From Armatimonadota bacterium (GTDB taxonomy: Bacteria; Sysuimicrobiota; Sysuimicrobiia; Sysuimicrobiales; Kaftiobacteriaceae), in NCBI GenBank assembly GCA_037440005.1, contig JBBIUY010000053.1:1-12204 (forward strand): a stretch of DNA of 12,204 nucleotides. Direction: 5' to 3'. A model generated the notes under the pieces. It worked only from the letters and a program-made list of their open reading frames with translations, ran no database searches and had not been told where the DNA came from. The position numbers and the translations under genes were made by a program. Shown here piece after piece: positions 6,746 to 12,204 of the stretch; the first letter of the stretch is position 1, and every line of letters begins with the position of its first letter.

Positions 6746-7694
6746 GCTCCCGGTAGTAGCGCACCGCGCCGGGGTGGAACGGGACCGGCGAGCGGCCGGC
6801 GGCCCCGAGGAGGGTGATGTTGGCGGCCTCCCGGTGGACCCGCGCCAGCTCGTCGCGCTTCTCGAACAGGAGCTTGGTGATCCGGTACGCCAGCTCGGCG
6901 TCGAAGTCCCGGTGGACCACCAGCAGGTTGGCCACGCCGATGGTCGGCACGTCCGCCGCCATCCCCGGGTAGAACTCCTTGCGGATGACGGCGCGGAAGT
7001 AGAGATTCCCCCACCGGCGCTGCATGGCCGGCAGGACGCTGTCGAGGGGGATGAGCTTGATGCGCACCCCCGGCGAGACCGCCAGGTCGAGGACGCTGGA
7101 GGTGGGCAGGCCGCCGCTCCAGAAGAAGGCGACGATCTTGCGGTCCTTGATGGCGTCGGCCGACGGCGCGGGCCCCAGGCGTTCCTTGCGGATGTCTTTA
7201 TCGGGGTCGATCCCGGCCGCCTGGAGGATCCGCAGAGCCGTCAGCTCGGTGCCGCTGCCCGGCGGACCGACCGAGACGGGCTTCCCCTTCAGGTCCTGGA
7301 TGGTGTTGACGCCGGTGCCCTCGATGGTCACCAGGTGGTTGAAGTTGTTGTACAGGGGGGCCAGGGTGCGGATGGGTACCGGCGAGCCCCGGAAGAGCTC
7401 CAGCCCGTTGTAGGCGTCGTAGGCGGTGTCGGCCAGGGTGAAGGCCAGGTCGGCTCGCTTGGCGGCGATGAGGCGCATGTTGTCCACCGACGCCGGGGTG
7501 ACCTCCGCCGTCGCCGTCACCCCCGGGATCTCCTTGGAGATCAGCGACGCCAGCCCGCCGCCCAGGGGGAAGTACACGCCCCCCGTGGTGCCGGTGGCGA
7601 TGGATAGACGCACGGTCGGCGCCGAGGACACCACGGGGACCCACACGGCGGCCAGGGCGGCCACCGCGAGCAGGGTGACAAGCCGTCGGACCAT
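6726..7694 (-). CDS. TAXI family TRAP transporter solute-binding subunit
   Basis: Signal peptide, then LSIATGTTGGVYFPLGGGLA, SVDNMRLI, DLKGKPVSVGPPGSGTE and C-terminal PVPFHPGAVRYYRERG. ATG at 7694 with GGAGGT 7 nt upstream. Confidence 0.95.
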   Translation of the reverse strand: MVRRLVTLLAVAALAAVWVPVVSSAPTVRLSIATGTTGGVYFPLGGGLASLISKEIPGVTATAEVTPASVDNMRLIAAKRADLAFTLADTAYDAYNGLELFRGSPVPIRTLAPLYNNFNHLVTIEGTGVNTIQDLKGKPVSVGPPGSGTELTALRILQAAGIDPDKDIRKERLGPAPSADAIKDRKIVAFFWSGGLPTSSVLDLAVSPGVRIKLIPLDSVLPAMQRRWGNLYFRAVIRKEFYPGMAADVPTIGVANLLVVHRDFDAELAYRITKLLFEKRDELARVHREAANITLLGAAGRSPVPFHPGAVRYYRERGVEGF

Positions 7695-7831
7695 TCCCTC
7701 CACCTCCCCGGGATCTGCTCCCGCGGTGGGGATTCGGCCCCGCGGGGGCGATGTCCTAGCGGCCGCGGCCGGGGGCCGGCGGCCCGCCTCCTGCCCCGGA
7801 CAGAGGGGAGGGTGGCGGCTGTTGCCTGGCG

Positions 7832-7848
7832 AAGTGGTCTGACCACTT
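7832..7848. promoter_or_regulatory. FadR/GntR-type operator palindrome AAGTGGTC-T-GACCACTT
   Basis: Perfect 8-1-8 inverted repeat containing TGGT-N3-ACCA, the known FadR-subfamily operator core. It lies directly upstream of a FadR-family gene and overlaps its -35. Confidence 0.85.
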
Positions 7849-7876
7849 GACAGCCTGACAGATTCTCGCGTAGATT
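7847..7876 (+). promoter_or_regulatory. sigma70-type promoter for the gntR-ABC operon (-35 TTGACA, -10 TAGATT)
   Basis: Consensus TTGACA at 7847-7852, an 18-nt spacer and TAGATT at 7871-7876. RBS GGAGAAGG precedes ATG 7904. Confidence 0.7.
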
Positions 7877-7903
7877 TTTGGTCAAATACAGCGGAGAAGG
7901 CCG

Positions 7904-8635
7904 ATGAAAACGCCCGCGGTGTCCTTCCAGCGCATCGAGACCAAAAAGAAAAGCACCTACGTGGCCGAGCAGATCGTCGACGCCATCCGCCGCGGGGTCT
8001 ACCGGGTCGGCGACCGCCTTCCGCCCGAGCGGTCCATCGCCGAGCAGATGGGCGTCAGCAGGCCGTCGGTGCGCGAGGCCCTGAGCGCTCTGCAGCTGGC
8101 GGGTATCGTGGACAGCCGTGCCGGAGACGGGACGTACGTGGTCCGCCGGCCGGACGGAGCCGGCCAGGTCCTGTCCTGGCTGGAAGAGCACGACAGCCCC
8201 GTGGACGCCCTGGAGGCCCGCCGGGTCCTGGAGCGGGCCGTGGTGGTGTGGGCGGTCGGCCGCGCCACCGACCGCGCCCTGCAGGACGTCCGCCAGGCTC
8301 TACAAGGGATGCGGGAGGCGGCGGACCGGGCACACTTTGAAGAGTTCAACGCCGCCAACGCCGCCTTCCACCTGGCCATCGCCCGGGCCACGGGCAACCC
8401 GCTCGTCGAGAAGGCCATCCGGCCGCTTCTGGAGATCATGGGGCAGCGGCTGGCGGTGGAACTGCGCCGCCGGGACTACACGCCCGACAGCGCCTTCTTC
8501 GCCACCGCCTACCGGGCCCACGAGGAGCTGTATGGGGCGCTGGCGGCCCGGGACCCGATCCGGGCCGCCGCGGCCATGGACGCGCACTTTGACATGATCG
8601 AGAACGCGCTGAAGCGCGACGAGGCGGTGGGGTGA
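7904..8635 (+). CDS. FadR/GntR family transcriptional regulator (wHTH + FCD domain)
   Basis: N-terminal VAEQIVDAIRRGVYRVGDRLPPERSIAEQMGVSRPSVREALSALQLAGIVDSRAGDGTYV. FCD motifs LEARRVLE, AFHLAIARATGNP, H..LY.AL..RD and AM..H. Confidence 0.95.
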   Translation: MKTPAVSFQRIETKKKSTYVAEQIVDAIRRGVYRVGDRLPPERSIAEQMGVSRPSVREALSALQLAGIVDSRAGDGTYVVRRPDGAGQVLSWLEEHDSPVDALEARRVLERAVVVWAVGRATDRALQDVRQALQGMREAADRAHFEEFNAANAAFHLAIARATGNPLVEKAIRPLLEIMGQRLAVELRRRDYTPDSAFFATAYRAHEELYGALAARDPIRAAAAMDAHFDMIENALKRDEAVG

Positions 8636-8662
8636 GGTCTCTACCGAGGGGAGGGAGCATCC

Positions 8663-10357
8663 GTGGCGGACGAACGCCCGATCGGGCAGTGGGAGGCAGA
8701 CCTCCGGTGGGCGCTGGACTTTGATCCGGCCGACCCGCGGCTGGGGCTGGACTGGTCCGAACTCAGCAGCGACCGGATCACCCGCCGGGCGTTTTTGCGA
8801 CTGGCGGTGGCGGCGGGAGCTCTGCACTACCTGTCGCCGCTGTTGCGGCCGCGTCCGGCCTGGGCCCAGGGCCGCCCCGGGGGCGAGCTCAAGGCCGCCT
8901 GGAACGTCCGGGAGTTCACCAACCTGGACCCGGCGTTCATCAATCAGGTGGTGCAGTTCCAGGTCACCAGCAACGTGCTGGGCGGGCTGACCCACATCGA
9001 CGAGGGGCTGGTGCCCCGGCCCGATCTGGCGGAGAGCTGGGAGGTGAGCTCCGACGGGCTGGTGTGGACCTTCCGGCTCCGCCGGGGGGTCAAGTGGCAC
9101 AACGGGGACGACTTCACGGCGGACGACGTCATCTACACCTTCAACCGCACCCGGGACCCCAGCGTCGGCTCCCTGCACCGCAGCATCCTGGACCCCTTCG
9201 AGCGGGCGGAAAAGCTCGACCCGTTCACGGTGCGGTTCACCCTCAAGCAGCCCCGGGCCTCCATGCTGGTCAAGATCACCGAGCGCAGCAGCGGCCGGGC
9301 TCTGACCATCGTGAATCGGCGGGCCATCGAGCAGATGGGGCGGGAGTACACCCGCCGGCCGGTGGGCACCGGGCCGTTCCGGATCACAGAGCACCGCCTG
9401 GGCGAACGGATCGTCCTGGAGAAGTTCCCCGACTACTACCTGAAGGACCGGCCGCGGGTCGACCGGGTGACCATCTTCAACATCGAGGAGCCCGCCACCC
9501 TGGTGGCGGCCCTGGAGTCGGGCCAGGTGGAGTTCATCAACGTGGTCCCCGAGGCCCTGCTGCCGCGGGTGCGCGCCAACCGCGACGTGGTGATCTCCCA
9601 GGCCGACGACCCGGGGTTCCAGGCCATTTTCTTCAACCTGCGCGCCGACAAGCAGCAGAAAATCGGGAAGGCCTCGCTGCCCACCGACGACGTGCGGGTG
9701 CGGCTGGCCATGGCCAAGGGGATGGACCGGGACGACCTGATCCGCCGGGCGCTGTTCAGCCTGGGGGTGCCCGCCTTCGGCCCCATCCCCAAGGCCCAGA
9801 AGCTGTACTTCCGCGACCTGGCGGCCACCAGCCCCCAGCGCTTCGACCCGGACCAGGCGCGGCGGCTGCTGGCGGAAGCCGGATATCGGAACGGCTTTTC
9901 CATCAAGATGCTGGTGAGTCCGGGGGTACGCCGGCGGGGCGAGGTCATCGCCGACATCTACAAGCGCACCCTGGGGCTGAACATCGAGCTGGAGGTGGTG
10001 GACTTCCCGGTCCAGGTCCAGCGCTTCGACCAGGGTCAGTACGAGCTGTGCCAGATCGGGTCAGGCGGCGACCCCGACCCCGACGACTCCATCGACGACT
10101 GGTTCTGGAGCGGGGCCAAGTTCAACACCTTCGGCTACGCCAACCGGGACGTGGACGCCCTCAACGCGGCTCAGCGGGAGACGGTGGACACCGCCCGACG
10201 GGTGCGGTGGGTGCAGGCCGCCGTGGATCTGATCGCCAAGGATGCGCCCTGCGTGTTCCTCTTCCACGGGGTGGACGTGGCCGCCTACCGGCGCAACGTC
10301 CGGGGGTTCGTCCACATCCCAGGGCTGCGGGACCTGGACACGCTGACCGTGCGGTAG
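8663..10357 (+). CDS. ABC transporter substrate-binding protein, family 5 (DppA/OppA/NikA-like), Tat signal
   Basis: Motifs [65 protein letters not shown] and [15 protein letters not shown]. Twin-arginine TRRAFL with AWA|Q cleavage site. Purine-rich RBS (GAGGGGAGGGAG) before GTG 8663. Confidence 0.93.
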   Translation: MADERPIGQWEADLRWALDFDPADPRLGLDWSELSSDRITRRAFLRLAVAAGALHYLSPLLRPRPAWAQGRPGGELKAAWNVREFTNLDPAFINQVVQFQVTSNVLGGLTHIDEGLVPRPDLAESWEVSSDGLVWTFRLRRGVKWHNGDDFTADDVIYTFNRTRDPSVGSLHRSILDPFERAEKLDPFTVRFTLKQPRASMLVKITERSSGRALTIVNRRAIEQMGREYTRRPVGTGPFRITEHRLGERIVLEKFPDYYLKDRPRVDRVTIFNIEEPATLVAALESGQVEFINVVPEALLPRVRANRDVVISQADDPGFQAIFFNLRADKQQKIGKASLPTDDVRVRLAMAKGMDRDDLIRRALFSLGVPAFGPIPKAQKLYFRDLAATSPQRFDPDQARRLLAEAGYRNGFSIKMLVSPGVRRRGEVIADIYKRTLGLNIELEVVDFPVQVQRFDQGQYELCQIGSGGDPDPDDSIDDWFWSGAKFNTFGYANRDVDALNAAQRETVDTARRVRWVQAAVDLIAKDAPCVFLFHGVDVAAYRRNVRGFVHIPGLRDLDTLTVR

Positions 10358-10363
10358 CCGGAC

Positions 10364-11311
10364 GTGAAAGCCTACATCGCGCGCCGGGTCGCCTACTCGC
10401 TGCTGGTCATGTGGGCGGTGGCGACCCTGGTGTTCTTCATGATGCGGGCGATTCCCGGCGACCCGGTGCGCGCTTTGGCCGGCTTCGAGGCGGACCCGGC
10501 CACGGTGGAGCAGATCCGCCGCAACCTGGGCCTGGACCAGCCCTTCCCGGTCCAGTACGCCCGGTGGATGGCGCGGCTGCTGCAGGGCGATCTGGGCGCG
10601 TCCATCTGGAACCAGCAGAGGGTGTCGGTTCTGATCCGGGAGGCTCTGCCCCGGACGCTGTCCCTGGCCCTGCTGTCGTTTGCGGTCGCCGTCGGGCTGG
10701 CCCTGCCGGCCGGCATCGTCTCCGCCGTCCGCCGGTATTCGCCCGCCGACCACGTCCTCACCGTCCTGGCCTTTCTGGGCCTGTCCATGCCCGACTTCTG
10801 GCTGGGCATCGTGCTCATCATCGTGTTCGCGGTCAAACTGCAGCTGCTGCCGGCCTTCGGGTACGAGCCCCTGTCGGCCGGCGTGGGGACATGGCTGTCG
10901 CACCTGATCCTGCCGGCGGTGACCACGGGCACGACCTTCGCGGCCATCCTGGCCCGGATGACCCGGTCCGCGCTGCTGGAGGTGCTGCGGGAGGACTACA
11001 TCCGCACCGCCCGGGCCAAAGGCCTGGCGGCGGGGGTGGTGATCCTGCGCCACGCCCTGCGCAACGCCCTGATCCCCGTGCTGACGGTGATGGGGATCGC
11101 CTTCGCGCTGCTGCTGGCGGGGGCGGTGATCGCCGAGAACGTCTTCGCCATCAAAGGAGTGGGCCGGTTGCTGATCGAGGCCATCCTGAACCGCGACTTC
11201 CCCATCGTGCAGGGGATGATCCTGGTGATCGCGGCCGTCTTCGTCTTCATGAACCTGCTGGTGGACGTGCTGTACGCGCTGGTGAATCCCAAGATCCGCT
11301 ACGTGGAGTGA
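10364..11311 (+). CDS. ABC transporter permease, DppB/OppB-like
   Basis: Motifs YIARR, PGDPV, LGLDQPFPVQYARW, GDLG.S, SMPDFWLG, HLILPA, EAA loop RSALLEVLREDYIRTARAKGL and D..YALVNPKIRY. Confidence 0.95.
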   Translation: MKAYIARRVAYSLLVMWAVATLVFFMMRAIPGDPVRALAGFEADPATVEQIRRNLGLDQPFPVQYARWMARLLQGDLGASIWNQQRVSVLIREALPRTLSLALLSFAVAVGLALPAGIVSAVRRYSPADHVLTVLAFLGLSMPDFWLGIVLIIVFAVKLQLLPAFGYEPLSAGVGTWLSHLILPAVTTGTTFAAILARMTRSALLEVLREDYIRTARAKGLAAGVVILRHALRNALIPVLTVMGIAFALLLAGAVIAENVFAIKGVGRLLIEAILNRDFPIVQGMILVIAAVFVFMNLLVDVLYALVNPKIRYVE

Positions 11312-11317
11312 CCCGCC

Positions 11318-12202
11318 GTGGGCGTGGCGGAGCTGGCCTACCCGGTCGCCGTGCCGCGCCGCCGCGGCGCGCGGGCCCTGGCCCGCCGCCTGCTGCGGGA
11401 CCGCCGGGCGGTGGTGGGAGCGGTCCTGCTGTCCGCGGCGTCCGCCGCCGCCCTGGCCGCGCCCTGGGTCGCCCCCTACGACCCGGGCGCCCAGACCGCC
11501 GACATCCTCGTCGCCCCCGGGCGCGCCCACCTGCTGGGCACCGACGACCTCGGCCGCGACCTGCTGTCCCGGATCGTCTACGGCGGGCGGATCTCCCTGG
11601 TGGTGGGTCTGGTGACGGTGGCGCTGGCCGCCGCGGTGGGCTCGCTGCTGGGACTGGTGGCGGGGTACTACGGCCGGTGGGTGGACACGCTGGTCATGCG
11701 GTACATCGACCTCCAGTGGGCCTTTCCCAACTTCATCATCGCCGTGGGGCTGGTGGCCGTCTTCGGCACGGGCCTGGCCAACGTGATCGTGGCCATCACC
11801 CTCGCCTTCCTGGACGACTTCGCGCGCATCGCGCGGGGGATGGTCCTGGCCATCCGCGGCGAGGAGTACGTGGCGGCGGCCCGGGCGCTGGGGGCGTCGG
11901 ACGCGCGGATCCTCTTCCGCCACGTCCTGCCCAACGCCAGCGCGCCCATCATCGTCCAGGGCACCGTCAGCATCTCCTACGCGATCCTGGGGGAAGCGGG
12001 TCTGTCCTTCCTGGGGCTGGGGGTGAAGCCCACCACCCCCACCTGGGGGCTGATCCTCAACGACGCCCGGCCGTTCTTCATCAGCGCCTGGTGGCTGGGA
12101 GTGTTCCCCGGGCTGGCGATCATGCTGGTGGTGTTGAGCATCAACTTCGTCGGCGACGCCCTGCGAGACATGCTGGACGTGCGGGAGTACGTGGGCCGCT
12201 AG
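11318..12202 (+). CDS. ABC transporter permease, DppC/OppC-like
   Basis: Motifs APYDP, HLLGTDDLGRDLLSRIVYGGRISL, EEYVAAARALGAS..RILFRHVLPN, EAGLSFLGLG, PTWG, WWLGVFPG and GDALRDMLD. Confidence 0.95.
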   Translation: MGVAELAYPVAVPRRRGARALARRLLRDRRAVVGAVLLSAASAAALAAPWVAPYDPGAQTADILVAPGRAHLLGTDDLGRDLLSRIVYGGRISLVVGLVTVALAAAVGSLLGLVAGYYGRWVDTLVMRYIDLQWAFPNFIIAVGLVAVFGTGLANVIVAITLAFLDDFARIARGMVLAIRGEEYVAAARALGASDARILFRHVLPNASAPIIVQGTVSISYAILGEAGLSFLGLGVKPTTPTWGLILNDARPFFISAWWLGVFPGLAIMLVVLSINFVGDALRDMLDVREYVGR

Positions 12203-12204
12203 TA

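Noticed and set aside
7720..7746. GC-rich hairpin in the TAXI leader, superficially like a tRNA T-arm or riboswitch stem
   Set aside because: No cloverleaf or recognisable riboswitch consensus, and the stem is short and GC-only.
10061..11923. 620-aa minus-strand ORF
   Set aside because: Antisense shadow of the ABC genes, with the H/Q/G/R-rich composition typical of such frames.

Overview
This is a very GC-rich (roughly 70% by eye) bacterial chromosomal window, with no CRISPR array, transposase or phage gene visible. From left to right it holds: a minus-strand tRNA-Arg with the unusual anticodon GCG (truncated by the window edge); a divergently transcribed exported hypothetical protein; a heptamer-repeat hairpin; a minus-strand tRNA-Ser(GCT); and a tightly coupled minus-strand trio of DUF1844, YyaL/SPATA20-like thioredoxin-(alpha/alpha)6 protein and N-terminally extended DUF309 protein. 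Next is a TAXI-type TRAP transporter operon (TAXI binding protein, DUF1850, fused DctQM permease). Divergent from it are a FadR-subfamily GntR regulator with a perfect palindromic operator, then a Dpp/Opp-type ABC importer (Tat-exported family 5 binding protein and two permeases). The most notable points are the tRNA-Arg(GCG), the uncharacterised DUF1844-YyaL-DUF309 module with a possible winged-helix fusion, the FadR operator between two uptake systems, and an unusually long Tat signal. All protein family calls come from motif recognition by eye, not database searches.
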